Source of the DNA: Lama guanicoe
Lineage: Eukaryota
Length of the DNA stretch: 64,000 nt
NCBI GenBank assembly: GCA_013239625.1
Contig: MU054132.1
Coordinates: forward strand, 248,001 to 312,000
Reading direction: 5' to 3'
The position numbers and the translations under genes are program-made. Position 1 is the stretch's first letter; every line of letters begins with the position of its first letter. The notes under the pieces were generated by a model that was not told where the DNA came from, searched no databases, and saw nothing but the letters and a program-made list of their open reading frames with translations. This document shows positions 48,360 to 62,639 of the stretch, one piece after another.

Positions 48360-48740
48360 CCTTTGGATCCTGAACCCAAAACCCAGAACCCAGGGAACCA
48401 ACCTAGACCCCAGACTCCAGACCTGGAACCTGGAATGCCAAACACAGACCCCAGACTCAAGTCCTAGGATCAGCACTCCAAACTTAGAACCTGGAACCCA
48501 GAGCCTAGGCCCAGATCCTACTCTGAGGACACAGACTCCAAAACCCAGGACGCCAAACCCAGACCTTAAACATAGACAGACTCCAGGCCCCAGACCCCAG
48601 GCCCAGGACCCAGGACTCTAAATCCAGAGTCCAGATCCAGGACTCAAGATCCAGGCCCCAGGCCCCAGGCCCCAAGACTCTAAATCCAGACTCCAGGCCC
48701 ATAAACCCAAACCCAGACCCCAGACCCTGGATCCAGGACA
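48360..48740. repeat. Degenerate 6-7 bp tandem array (CCAGAC/CCAGGC/CCAAAC units)
   Basis: Repeating cccagac, ccaggcc and cccaaac units. Confidence 0.75.
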
Positions 48741-51700
48741 GGGGCTGCTGGTTTTCCAGACTGGCACTGCCTCCTGCCCTGTGTAGACAAGGGCGGGGCA
48801 GGGGAGGGGTAAACTCTTGGCAAAAAGCAGGGGCAAGTGCTTGGCAGACCTTCCTCCTAGTGTTCAGAGGGGCATGAGGAATGTTCCTCATCCTGTCAGA
48901 GCCAATTTGGGGAACTCAGAATATGGTGGCCACGTGGAAGGAGTGGTGGGGAGTGAGGAGAGGGAGGGATGGGTGAGGCCTGGCTGTCCCTTGGGCCCAG
49001 GAACCAGAGGCAGGGAAGGAGGGTCGGGCTCCCCACGTGCCCTTGTCCCCCTGGCCGCAGGCTCCGCAGGCCGCCCTGGCCCGCCCAGGACCGCCCAGGA
49101 CCGCCCCTCCTGGCCCACAGCCTCTGGGCTGGGATGCAGGCCCAAACTTCCCGGAGGAGTCGAGAACACGGCCTGGGCCAGACCCAGAGTCTTAGAAGTA
49201 GGTCAAATGTTGCTGTGCAGCAGGTCCTGGGGACCCCATGTGGGCGTGGGCAGGCCGGGGAACACGTGTGTATCCACATAGACATGAACTCACTACTACA
49301 CACTAGATGCCCATAAATACAGCCCCTACACAGGGCCCTTAGTCCCTGCCCAACTGCACAGATGAGGGGACCGACGCCCAAGAGGGGCAGGAGATGCCCA
49401 GCAAATCTGGCTAGAGGTGGCACGAGGCAGCCACGAGGACCCGGAGAAGGAGAGGAATTTCTACACCATCCCACGCCCCTGGAGCCTTGGGTGAAAGATT
49501 GACTCCAAGGAGGACTTCCCAGCAGGGCTGCTGTGCCACCAACAGGATGTGGCCTGCTTCCCGGAGGCACAGCCCCAGGCCTTGAAAGATGGGAAGGAGT
49601 GGCCAAGGAGGAGGCAGGAGACTCCTTATGCAATTGTGACCCAGGCCAGTCCTGGCTCCTCTTGGCCTCAGTTTCCCCATCTGTACAATGGCCATGGGTG
49701 GGGCAAAGTGATCCTGGGTTCAAAGGACAGTCACTGCCCTTGAGCAGTGAGGAGACCGTGCTCGCCACCCCCGCCACACACAGACAACTCTGTCCTCAGC
49801 AGGCCAAACACACCCCTCAGGCCCCTCCCTCTGCCCACTGTGCTGACGGGGACCAGATGCTCCAACCTTGTGGTTCTGGGGGTGGGGGTGGCAGGGCCCA
49901 GCGGGCTGGCAGGCGAGCCCTGGGTTTGGCCCAGGGACCTATAATCAGCTCCTGCCCCTCTGATCCCGGCCCAGGACTGACGCTTGGGGCTGTGGTGTCC
50001 TGGCCGGCTGTGGCCACGGCCGCTATATTTGGGAGCCCAATTGAGGATGAGGGAGGGGTGGGCAGGCAGGAGCCTCCAGGGACCAGTTCCTCATGGGGAA
50101 CAGGGTGGGGGACACTGTTGGCCAGGCTTGGACCCTTATGGAAGGAGGACACAGCCTTGACCTCAGGGGCCCAGTCTGAGGGGCATGCTCTGCTCTTGGG
50201 GGCCTGGCGTGGGGACCTTTGGCCCTGCCCGAAATGGCTAGTCTAAGGTGGTAGAATGAAAATCTGGGTGCATGAAAAATGGGTTGGAGCTGACAAGATG
50301 AATGGGAGTGGGAAAAAGGCTCTCGAGGGGTGAGGTTTGATGTAGAGGGGTCTGAGATGCGAGGGATGGGAGTCAGGGGTGTCAACATGCTGGGTAAAGG
50401 AATGGAGAAAACAAAGGCCTGAGGCTGGGGTCCAAGGGAAGGGACTGAGGGGCAGCCCAAGCCCTGGCTCCCCAGCTATGCCTGCTGGTCTTGCTTCTAG
50501 AGGGGCCCGGCCCCTCCCCCAGCATGGCCTGCGGCCTCCCCGAGCTGCACTGGACATTCCCCGCCACTGGGCCAAACCCTGTACTCTCCCACCAACAGTT
50601 TCCCAAAGAGCAAATATTTATTGTCCTTGGAAGAAAAAAAAAGAGTCCCCTTTTAGGATCAGGGTCTGGGAGCTGCTACTGAGGCTTGCAGGGGCTCAGC
50701 AGCGGCCCGAGATGACCAGAAACCCCACCTAGAGGCTAAGGGCGGAGGAAGGAGGGTGAGCTGGGCTCAGAGGAGAGGGGCCGTGGCCGCCCCAGACTGC
50801 TGGACGGGGTTCTGCCGAGGCCTCCATCTCCCCAAGACTTCCCCAGAATAGGTCTGAGGGTGTACAGACACCATCCCCGCGGCGTGAGGTATGAACGTGT
50901 GTGGGAGCAGGTAGATGCGTGCGGTGTGTGTGTGTCACATACATCACTGTGGGCACAAGGATGGGAACACGTATGCTCGTGTGTTGTCCTGTGTGCTCAC
51001 GTGTGTTCCACGAGGCTGTGACCACACGTGTACGGGCATGCCTGGGCGCTCCTGGCTCTGCGCGCATGTCCGTCGGGGAGCCTGTTCATCTGCTGGCGTG
51101 GGGCGGGGTGGGGGCATGTGGACACAACCTCTGTTGAATGGCCAATTCAGTCAAAAATGCAAGTAAATTTAGCAGGGGAAAAAAAAACCCGTCAGTCAGA
51201 CGAGGAGTCTGAATTGGGTGGTTGTTTGACTGGATGGACCAACTGTCTCAGGCAAACAGTTCACGCTGGCTGGGAGGAGGAACCAGCTCCCCTGGGCCAT
51301 CATGGAGAAACTGGAGACGGGGACCCGAACTACGGCAGAGGCGAGACACAGAGACTGAGACAGAGGCAGAGGTGGGGACAGATTCAGAAACAGGGGAGGG
51401 AGGGTTGTTGAGGCAGGCCAGAGACAAAGGGACCGCCCAGGGCAGGATGTAGCTTCCCAGAACCTACAAACACCGCCTGCACGCACAGCCCTCTGGCTCC
51501 CAACCTCAGCTCCCAGCCAGGCAGATTCATTCTTAGCTCTCACTCACCCGTAAGCAGCCCGAGGTGGACAAGAAAAGGGCACCAGACCAGGATGCAGGAA
51601 GAGAGGGTGGGCATGGGCAGCTGTGACAAGGGGAGAGTGAAAGGAAGGAAGGTAATGCAGGAGACAGGGATGGGAGTGGTGGAGGTGAAGGCTGGAGGGT

Positions 51701-54700
51701 AACAAGGAGGTGGCAGTGGTGATGACAGCAGAAGAGGCAATGGTGGCCGGGAGGGCCTCCATCCGTGTCCCCTTGTAGACCGCACCTAGCTGTGGTGACC
51801 CGACTAGACCCAGGGTTGTCCCCACCCCACCCCACCCAGCACCAGCTGTATCCTGGCCTCCAGTGGCCACACAAACACCCTCTGTGGCTCAGGGTGTGGA
51901 TCTGCATTAAAAATGGCCTGAGCCCCCAGCCGGGAATAGTTAGGGTCAATTCCCGTACCTGCCTGTGTGAGTATTTATACATCTGCCCGCCCACCTGGCG
52001 TATTTATGTCTAAAAGCACAACACACATGTGTACATGCGCTCACACACTCATTCACTCAGAGGATACTCTAGCCAGGCTAACTTGCCCCCTCTATGTGTC
52101 TGTGTCTGTGTGGAGACAAAACCCCCAGGTCACCTGATCCTTTTCTACCAACACCGGGGCCAATGGAAATCACACTGAGGTGTGTATGTGCACCCATGCA
52201 CACAGACAGACTCACATACACTCATCCAGGAACTCTGCCCACAGGTGCTTGGACAAAGAGCTGGCACACCTATGCACACACCTTTAAATGCAAATTCTCA
52301 CACTCTATAGATGCCTTTGCACACATTTTCATACTCACAGGCACATGCACCTTGTCTACACATGCCCTTCGCACGCATAGGTACGCACATTCACATGCCT
52401 TTGTATACACACAGCTCTAATGCATCACATCCTCAAGCTCATGGTGTAGAAAGACCTCTGGGTGGGAATTAGAAGTGCTAGGAAGGAGAGAGGCTGACGG
52501 CAAGAGAAATCAGAGAACCATAGTAGGCTTGCCTGGCGAGGTCTGCATCGGCAGTGTGAGTGCATGTGGCTGTGTGAGTTTTAACCTGCATGTCCAGGAT
52601 TTGGGGACCTTTCCACTGCCTCCTCCCCAAACCCCCTACAGAGCCATCCCCACCCCCACCCTCTTTACAGAGAGTAAACAGAGATCGGAGCAGAGCAGCT
52701 AGGCCTGGGGAGGTCAGCATCCCCAGGTCTGAGGCTTGCGAGCCTTAGCATCTGTGTTGTTCTTGGAACACACAGGCCAGATAAGGACTGGGGTCAGAGC
52801 TCGGCTCTCGTGGGAAAGGACTCTCTGGAAGGCTCCCGACCCATTCCTTTCCCAGATGTTGGACCCAAGAGCAGACAGAAGGAGGTCAAAAGGGATGGCC
52901 AGGGGACAGACAAGTCCCCATCAGGCTGGCCTTGAGGTCTGGGGAGAGACCACAGCAGATTCAGACTCACAGATGCCCAGGAATGTGGAGGACCCCTCAA
53001 ATCAGCCCAGGGACCTCCAAGTGCGGGGCCTGGAGCAGACAGAAAGGGACAATTCCAGGCACCCATCTCTCTGCAAAAATCTGGATTGAGACCCTCTGAT
53101 CCAGGGAGACTCATGAAGTCCTGGAGCCAGGGTTAATGGTCAGAGAGTCTGTGTCTGAGAGGTCTGCAGCCTGGCTAGATGGAGGGGCTGTTTGGGGGAG
53201 ATGGTTGGAGTGCTAAGGGACATCAAAGCATTGTGTCCCATCCAAAGCAGATCCAGATGCTGGTCCTAGGATAGGTTATCAGGGCCAGCAGAGGACCCAG
53301 TTCTGGTCCTGGCCCCATCACTGACTCCTAGAGACTCTTCCCCTCAGGAAACCTCAGTGTTCACATCTGTGCAATGAGGTGGAGTCTTGGATCAGCTCAG
53401 CAGACACAGTCCTCCCAGCACAGTCAGTCTGGGGCATCTTTGGACCTGAGTCTCCTCCTTCCCCCACTTGCACCAACCTTTGCCCCCTGCCCAGGTCTTA
53501 GTGCCTTGAGGAAGGCTGGAGCTTCTCTGCTGGAGCTTTGAGCTTAGAGCCAAGTCAACAAGGGAAAAATTGACTGGAATTCTGCATGAATACAGGGCTC
53601 ATCCAAGGCTGTAGATAAGCAAGGAGGGACTGGGGGATTCCTGTGCTCCCTGGAAGCCTAGCCTGACCACAAGCCCCACCCCTCTGAGGAGGGGCCCTGC
53701 CTTCAGAAGTCCTGGTCTGAGAGGATAAGCAGTAACCTCTCTGGTGGGTCTAACAGGCCCCTCCTCCAGCCCGCCTCTTTCTGGCATGCTTGCAGTCCCC
53801 TGCCTGGCCTAAAATCACTGTAGATGCAGTTTGGGGTCAGGAACCACCAAGAGGAACCATTGATTGTGACGGTCAAGAGCCCTTACCACTTCCACACCCC
53901 CTTGCCTAACCTTGGGGGTCTCCCCATTCCCATCGTCCCACTAAGAACACAGGCCACAGGGACAGGTGGCTGGCCTGGGCTGGAGCACTGGAGTGGACCT
54001 TGCCTGCAGCCCAAGGCCTCTCAAGCTTCAGTCTCCCATCTGGGAGCTGGGCTCCAGTTCCACCACCTTGACCCTTGGGCTGCTCCCCAATTTGCTAAGA
54101 ATTTTCCAATCCAACAGGTTTACTCTCATAAGGCTCCCTGGAAGAGACTTTCTAACAATGCATGACAGAGACTTGTCCAGAGGCCAGAGGAGGGTCTTTC
54201 TGAGATCCTGAGATTCCCTCCCTCCTCGTGGGGAAATTGAGGCTCAGAAGAGGAAGGCCTTCTCCATTGAAATGATAGATAAGAGGGGGTGAGAGGGGGA
54301 CAGGGCATTTGAAGTCCAAAGCTCCAGCCAGTAACTCTCCTCTTCTGCAGAGATGCAGGACAAGATGATGCTTTTTTCCTACCATGAAGAACTCAGAAGG
54401 ACCATGAGATGACCCAGGCCCTGCCCTCAGGGACTCACAGTCCCTCAAGATAGAGGCAAGAATTGAGAATCCGAGGTCTCACTCTGCTGCGGTCTGGGAA
54501 GCAGATCCAGGAAGACCTAGGAGAAAGGGGGACATCTGAAGGGCTTATGAGACTCCCCCCAAGCTGACAAGAGGAGGGCAAGTCAGACAGTGAGAAGCAG
54601 GGGCAGAGATGTGCCAGGGTTCAGATAATGGGAACTCCAGGGCCATGGGGCAGCAGGGAAGTGGCTCCCCGAGGTGGGATCTCCAAGTCTTTGAGCCCAG

Positions 54701-57700
54701 CCCAGCACACAGTAAGTGCTCAAGCATGTGGGGAGTAAGCTGTCTGATCCAGGGGGTCACAAGAAGGCATCTGAGCAAAGGAGTGTCTCTATCAGTTCCG
54801 ACCTTCCAGAACACTTTCCTTTCTCTCTAATCCCTCTCCTCTCTCTGCTAGGTCATCATTTCCTCGCCCCCTCCTCCGCCCCCAAATAGCCCTCTGTGAT
54901 CATGCTTGAATGGGAATGTCTATGTGGAGCATTGAGTGGGAGGGGCAGGAGTGGCCATGCTTCCATCTGGGACCCAGCTCTGCTCCCTGGACCAGGAATG
55001 GCTTCTGGAGCCAGCTGTGAGGGCCTTGCAGGGGGCAGGATAGGCTGGGTTGTCCAGAGGTCAGCACTCTTGCCCTCTGCCTCTGAACCCCACACCAGCT
55101 CAGGAAGTCAGGGAAGGAAGAGGGTGCAGTGGGGGTGGAGGAAGCTAAACCACCAGCCTCCCTATGGAGAGCATGACTGAGTCCGTAGTTGTTAGGGCCT
55201 CTGCTTTCCACCTGGGAAACAAGGCTTGAGCTTTTCACTCACTCCTGAGGAGGCCGAGGGGCCCCAGGGATGGACCAGTGGCCCAGGGCAAGTAGGAGCT
55301 GGATATGTGATTTTAGGTAGCATCCTGCCCTCCCTGGGCCCAGTTGGTGACCAGTGCCCTCTAGCTTCAGGGAGGTCTCTGAGCTATACGTAGCCATTCT
55401 TCTGTTACGCCCCATGTGTCCCCAGCTGGGGCCCTTAAGCCTCTTCCACAGCCTCAGAGAGCCCTAGGTATTGGGAAGGCCTGGGGACTTGCTCTGGATG
55501 AGCTGGGTGACCTCTGGCATGCCACTGCCCCTCTCTGAACATCGCTTTCCCACACATAGTTTTATAAACTTCCCCAAAGTACTTCCCCTTCTGGCCAGTT
55601 CAGCCAGCGTCCACGGCGCCTCTGGGCCAGGCTCTGTGCTGTGTGCTGGATAGTCAGACAGACACAGTCCTGGTCCCAGCCCGAGACATTCCCAGTGTCA
55701 TTGCCAGTTCATTGCTTCACCCAAATAGCATTGCTTGAGGCATTCAGGATAAGAGGAAACTGAGGCCCAGAGAGATGGCCCAGCAGTCCTTAAATGGCCC
55801 AGCCTGAACAAGGACCACCCACATAGAAGGTCCCTCCAGGCCAAGCAGGACCCAGTGTCAAGAACTAAGGGTCTCCCACCCCAGGTCTCCCCACCACTGC
55901 CCCTAGGCAGGACCCAGTGTCTAAGCTAACTCCCTTCCCACCACCTCCTTCTTCCTGGCCCCCTCATCCCTTCAAACCGCAGGGCCCAGCCGGCCTCTGG
56001 AACGCGTGCCCAGGACCTCGGTGATATTTTGAGTTTAAGAAAACTTTGCAGTCGGCAGGAGCTCTTAAAGGTTATAAATAGCAGCAGCAGGAGCCCATGT
56101 CGGGAGAGGCGGAAACACGTGTCAAACATGCCTGGGATGGGGGCTATTCCAAGGCACAGGACCCCCCCCCCCCAACAACTAGGGACCCACCAGGCTTCAG
56201 GGGATTTTACAACCACTGGAGCTGGAAGTCACACCACACCCGGAAGGCGTCTGGGAAAGGAGACTTGCTCTTGCCCCCCACCAGGGTCCCAGAGCGGTTG
56301 GCCAGGTTGCCCCTGGGCACATGGGGCGCTGCTGAAAGGGATCTGGGGTGGGAGATCTTGCTCCTACCCTCTCCCTCCCTGCCCAGCACAGGAACCCCAG
56401 GGCTGAGAGGAGTTTTGGAGTGTGTCCACTCTAACCCCCAAGTCAGCGGTTGGTGGGGCACAAGCCCAGGGTGAAGAAGGGATTATTCTAGGGTCACACA
56501 GGTGCTGGGTAGGAATCAGACCCCCCAGCCCATAGTCCTTTTCACCAAATGCTGCTGCTGCATCCCTTTCATGAGCAATGCCTTACCCCACCTGATTAAG
56601 CGCAGTTGGAGGACTGCAGAAAGTATGAAGGGCCTCCTGCTATGTCATCCCCGTCCTCATCTGGAGGTAAGCAGACCCCAGCGGTTCATCTCTCAATGAC
56701 CCATCTAGTCCCCACGTCCCCACTTCTGAAGCTCTGCCTTTTAACAAATGAGGAAAGGAGTGCTGGAGAGGGTAAGAGACACCCTCCACCCAGGGGGCTG
56801 CACACCCATGCCACCTTGCCGGGGTGTGGTTTATGGACAATCCAAGGCCAGATATGGGATCTTCACAAGGAATTCAGCTCTTGTTTGAGCCACTGCAGTC
56901 TCAGGTTTGCCTTGAAGGCCATATTCTTTGAGGATGTGCTCTCAGGAGCCTGGTCTGAGGGAACACAGCTATGAAGACCCCTTCGATTTTCCCAACTGCT
57001 CTGCAACATGCATGGGCAGGAACCATTACTTCAATGCAAAGACTGAAAAACTGGGGCATGTCTGAGGCTCCCACTGCCATCCCCAGTCCTGCCTCACTCA
57101 TGCCCCACCTGCTGCCTATGGCCCCCAGCAAGTCTGGGGGCGGCAGCCAGGCCTGGCGTCCAAGCGCTTCGAACCTCAGGGAGCCCCGAAGGGTTTATGG
57201 GGCTCCCAATGAATAGGCCTGTTGAGCTCAGAGGGGGCCGGGCCCGAGTAAACATGACTGGGTCTGAGCTGCCATTCTCCCCCTGCCTCCTTCCCCAGGA
57301 CCTAGGACCAAAATACAACTTCCTGTCCCCGGAGCTGAGGGCCAGACTCGCCCCTCAGAGTCCTAAGCTGGGGCCCACTGGAGGAGCACAGCCCGGCCTG
57401 CACAGGCAGCCCCCAGGGTTTGAGGGGAGAGAGAACTTCAGGTTTTCAGATTCATAGGTCTGCATCCAGGACCCCAGGGATCTGGCACTTTACGGAGCCC
57501 CTTCAAGCCTTGAACGGCCCATCTGTTAACAGCAGATCAAGAAACTGAGGCCACAAACAGGAAGGGGATCCACAGGTCAGGGCGGAACAGGCTTTGGATC
57601 CCAGCTTCCTGCTTCTCTAGCCAGTAAGTATGGGAGCAGGAGGAAGAGCAGGGGGTATGTGTGGGCTCAGAGGAGGGAGAAACTCTGTGGGTGAGGCTCA

Positions 57701-58429
57701 GAGCAGTGGGAAGCTTGACAGAGGGCAAAGAAGGTCTCCCTCTTTTGACACAGATGCCCACTGACTTGCAAAGCTGAAATCTGGTCCCCCAGCTGACCCT
57801 GTTCACAGAACAGCCTATGTGCCATGGGATATCCTTTGGAGCCAGACACTTGGAAGTAGCCCAGTGCCAGGAGCAGGAGCCCTGTAAGTGTTATTTGTCA
57901 TCGTCTTGCTCTGTGCTCCTGGCTAGCCCAGTCTACTCTCTAGGCCTCATTTTCCCTACCTAGAGGCCAGGTATTGGCAAGTTCCCTGCCTCTCCTTCCA
58001 GCTTGTAAACCAGAAAGTACTTTGGAAACTGTAAAGCTAGGTACCCTCCCTGGGAGCCTAGAAAACCTTGGGGAGGGTCACCCCTGGGGATGGGGGCGCC
58101 GTAGGAACATGTCCCAACCTCTGGGGGTGATTTGGACCAGCCGCCTCACGTGCTAAGCGCTGGGGGCTATGGCTGGAATGTGTGGAGCAGCAGCTGCCAT
58201 GTGAATCATTACACCTCGTCAGGCTGAGCCTGGGACTTCCAGACTCAAACCAGCTCTGACCAGGCTCAGGCAGAAGGGCAGCCTCCAACCAGGATCCCTG
58301 TGGTGAGGTTCCAGGATCTTGTATGGTCTCTTCCTCCCCGTCTGTCCACATCTTCACCCTCAGCGTCTAGGTCCAGCACTGGTTCTGCTCTAGCTCATTC
58401 TGCAGAACCACAGAGGGAGGTCATCCTGC

Positions 58430-58552
58430 CCACAACCCCCTGCCTCTGTGACCTGTAACTAAATAAGCAGGCCCGGAACCTTGATGACACCTGTGGGCCA
58501 GCCAGTCAGGGCTTCCTGGCTGGTTTCACACCAGGAGCCCACGTTCCAGTGG
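58430..58552 (+). other. PTH1R: Candidate PTH1R distal (P1/U1-like) untranslated exon; start approximate
   Basis: Donor TGG|gtaagg at 58553, at a distance from the ATG similar to that recalled for human; an alternative donor GAG|gtaagc lies at 56667. Confidence 0.3.
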
Positions 58553-61503
58553 GTAAGGAGTCAGATAGAGGTGTCTGTGGGTCCGCAGGGATCAGGACAA
58601 GGGCTGGGTAGAATGAGAGTCCCCACATCTCTCCTGGCTAAGGGACAGTGAGTACCCAGTGCTTGGAGGTCAGGCCTTCTCAGCCTTAATTTTCTTGCTT
58701 GGGGCTGGATATGAACTACCCTCAGCTTCTATCTGATTTCTCCAGGTGCCCAAAACTTGAATGAAGTCACTCATATGGGCTGTGCTCATACCTCACGGTG
58801 GCCTGAAATTTCTGAGATGTGGAAAAGGCTGGAAGGGGCAGGTGGGGACACATGGACAGAAGGAAAGCTGTTTAGAGAAAGGCTTGGCAGGGCAAGGAGA
58901 GGACCGCTGAGGCACACACACACACCTGAGAGGCTGATCTGGCCTGGGCACTTGGCAGGCAACCTATGGACGATGGCAGGGAGGGCCCAGCCCAGGGCAC
59001 CTGAACACTGGTACACGTGGACCTGCCTCTGCTCCCTGATCAGGGGTCTGGGACAAAGTCCTGGGCTGATACAGGGCTTGGTAAAAAATAATTAATTTTC
59101 CTTTTCAAGTGAAAGCTCTGACTCAGGCCTTTTCCTGTTCGGAACAGCAACATCCTTGCTTAGGCCTGAACCACAGAAGCTGCTCAGGGCTGTCCATGGC
59201 CTCCCCATGGCCAACTTGAGTCTACTCTACGGCTCCAGGCCCTACTTGGAAGGCCTTGTGGGCTCCAGGTGAGTGGGGTCCAGGGGAGGCCTGGAATCTG
59301 AGCATAGCTGGGAGGGGCAAGGCTGGGTTAGTGTGTGTGTGTACCTGTGCCCTAAAGGCAGACAAGGTATGCCTTCCAGGAGATATTTATGGATTTGGTG
59401 TTACAGCAGCAGGGGGCCTGTGATTATGTGATTAGAAAGGATAGGAAGCCCACACCCCCAGGTGTCTGCCCTGGGAGAGCTCCCTACCTGGAATGGGGCA
59501 GCTGGGCCCTCTGTGTCCGAAGCTTCCCTCCCTTCACCTTCCTGAAAAGTGAGAAAGCCAGGCTTCCTGCTAGAAGGGGAGGGGGCTGCTCGACCAGCTG
59601 CCCGGGAGCCTCCAGTGACTCATCCGGGTGGGGGGTGTTTATGAGCAGCCGAAATGGCTGTAAAAGTGGCACCTCGGTTCACTTATGGCCTGGCCATCCC
59701 CTCCCCTACCAGCCCCTTGCCTTGAAAAGCTTCCAGAGGGGCCTGGAACCCGGAAAGAGGTCTGGGATTGAGGCTTGGTGGAGGCTCAGCCTGGGATCAG
59801 GGTTCAGCCAGGGGTTAGAGGTCAGACTGGGCTAAGGACTCAGCCTGGGGGTAAAGCTCAGTCTGGGATCAGGGCTGAGGTTGGGATTCAGGCTGACTTT
59901 GGGGCCAGGGTTGAGGGGATGAAGTGTGAGGGTCTACGGGCTAGTTCTTCCAGAGAGCCTCCAGGCTAGAATAAGGGGTTTTCTGAGGGAGAGACGCCAG
60001 ACCGTAGGGCTCAGAGAACCTCTGTCTTTCCTGTTTGAGCCTGGTGCCCACTCAGGCCCCAGGGTCTGTGTACCTTGGCCAGAGCGCTACTCACAGTGGC
60101 AGTGGCAGCAGCAGAGGCCTGTCAGCCTAGGACTGCTGCACTGGAGCTCAGCCCCTGCTCCAGTGACAGCCTTGGCTCCTCCTCCTAGGCCCCAGCCTGG
60201 GGATCAAAGAGGGGTGTCCCCACAGGGACTCGCTCCCACTCCCCACCCCCAACCAGGCCTTTCCAAACGCCATTGAAACTGACCTGAAACTGACCTGAAA
60301 CTAGCCCTGGGGCCCTGGGGCTTGCCTGTCAAAAAGAGTGGGCGGGCTCTGCCAGGCACTGGGGTGCTACCAGTTAATGTGTGACACTCCCACCCCTATG
60401 GTGGCACTTTAACCAGAGGCCTGGGGGTGAGTTAGTGTGTCAGTGGCCCCACTCACAGTGGTGGAACGTCCAGCAGAAGACTCTGGAGTGAGGCACATGA
60501 GTTATAAATAAGGGAACACGCTTAAGGGGCCCAAAGCCCATCAGATCCCTCTCTGCAGCCCTATCCACAGCCCACCCTGGTCCTCCTCCAAGCACAAATA
60601 TTATTTGTTTTTCGATTTCAAGCTTTCTGATGTCAGATCTGAGAAGGACTCTCCCTAACAGCCCCTAGTTTTACCCCTGTTTCTCCAGTCCCTCCATGAA
60701 TGTTCTTTTCCTGTTATCAAGGGATGGGTGGTGGTCAGTGATCATAAAATCATAAAACTTATGATCAAATTGCTTAGCAATAGAGACATAAAGCTAAAGA
60801 ACACAGCTGTTCTTTAGGTGCCCACTCTGAGCACCTCGGCCTCTGCCCATTTCCAAAGAGCCCATATACCACAGGGACCAGCACCCAAATCACAGCACCC
60901 CGCCAATAATGGAGAAGACAGAGACACAAGGAGGGAGGGATGTCCTTTACACCAGGCATAGGAGCGTGATCTTGGCAGAGGAAATTACAAAGCAAAGGCA
61001 GGGGAGTGAACATGGAGAGAAGCCTGGAATCTAGTGAAAAGTACCTGTTGGGGAGAGTCACCTTTTGAGGAAACTGCCTCAAACAGCACAGTCCTTAAAT
61101 CCCAGGACAAGAAACTTGAGGATAGTGAGGCACAGAGGAGAGTATGGCCTTAGAAATGCATGGAGAAGACAGCTCTGGGTACAGTCTGGGAGATGGGTGG
61201 GTTTGAGCAGGAGGGAGGGGTGGTCGGCCAGGAAGGTTGGCAGCAACTGGATTCCAGTGGCCTTAGGGATTGGGCTTGGCCTTGGCCTTGGGTACCCACT
61301 CACATTGAAAGGATCAGCCATCCCTGAGGTGGGGGGGGTTTGGGGGGGCTCTGAGGAGCTCAATTTCCACAGGTTGAGACTGGGGAGCCCCCCAGAGCCC
61401 GTAGGTCTCTGGGATACCCAGAGGGGTACCCACCCTATGAGACACTGAAACAGTAAAGTTAAAAATGCCCTTTGAATCAGCTGATCAGCTCCCAATTTTA
61501 CAG

Positions 61504-61560
61504 ATGAGGAAACTGAGGCCCAGACAGCAGGAAAATCCTGGTGTGGAGGATACACAACAA
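61504..61560 (+). other. PTH1R: Candidate PTH1R 5'UTR exon (U2-like), 57 nt, MIR-derived
   Basis: ttttacag| acceptor and caa|gtaagt donor; MIR core ttttacagatgaggaaactgaggcccaga; length equals that recalled for the human internal 5'UTR exon. Confidence 0.6.
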
Positions 61561-62639
61561 GTAAGTGGGCAAGCTGGGGTTGTCACTTAGCTTGGATATT
61601 CCCCAGGGTCCCAACAGTTACTTTAGCTTCCTCCTAACCATCCTTAAAGCCCACTGCTCCAGGCATCCCCAGGCCCTCCCTGCACTTCAGCATCCTTGCC
61701 TGGTACTGACAGGTCTTAGGCTTGGGGCCAGAAGCCCCCCTCCTCTGGGCGCTCCGCATCTCTTCCCCCGCAGGAGCATGCAAGCCCCGCCCCACGCCTG
61801 GCCCCTGTCCCAAAAGATTCCTCCCTCCCTTCCCCCAAGTTGAGGGTCCCCAGTAGACCAGAGCCTGCCAAGAGCTTTTTGGGTGTGAAGGGGTGGGAAG
61901 CAGAACCCGAGGGTGGGGGTCTCGGCTGATTTCTGGGTCTTGAGGCCTCTAGCCGCCCGGGGTGGAGTCAGGGGCGGAGCTGGGGAGGCCGGCCCGCTTC
62001 TGGATGGGTCCAGACTCAGAGAGACCCGGACCTGGGAGAAACTGGGAGGGAGAGAGAGGGACGTGAGGACAGAGAGGAGGGCAGGGACAGGGGCGGGTCT
62101 AGGCACAGCGGACCGACCCACTCAGGAGGTTCCCGAGGCTGGGGTCCAGGCTGAGGGCAGGACGGGTAGAAGGGCAACGGCGGAACCAGACTCGGGGCTG
62201 GCAGCCGAGCAGCCTCCCCAGAGACCTCGGTCCAGCCTGAGCGGGAGTCCCGCGGGCGGACAGACAGCGCTGTGGCCGGGGGGCGCGCGGGGTACCTCCC
62301 GTGAAGAGGGCCTACTTCTCGGCTGAGGGCCCCTATTCACCCGCCTGGGCCGGACGATCAGAAAAAAATAACGTCTGTGCCTTCCCGGAGAGGAGAATGA
62401 AGCGGCGGCAACGGCCGGGGCCAAGTTCCTGGGCCCCGATGTTAGAGCTTCCCGGGTCCTGTCCCCTCCACACTCACATCTCGCCGCTGTGCGACCCCGG
62501 GCCGCAGCCTCTAGAGAAATGTCCCGGGGCAGGGGGCAGCGGGCTCTGTTCTGCCGCTCCACACACCCTTGTCGGAGGCGACGGGGGGGCGGGGGCAGGA
62601 GAGGCCCAGGGAGTGGGCGGGGGAGGGAAGAGGCGCCCG

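Noticed and set aside
48896..50246. ORFs of 293 and 237 aa between MYL3 and PTH1R
   Set aside because: GC-rich, overlap MIR fragments, no domain or exon structure
55845..55928. Direct repeat gcaggacccagtgtc occurring twice
   Set aside because: Only two copies; a small local duplication, not a CRISPR-like array
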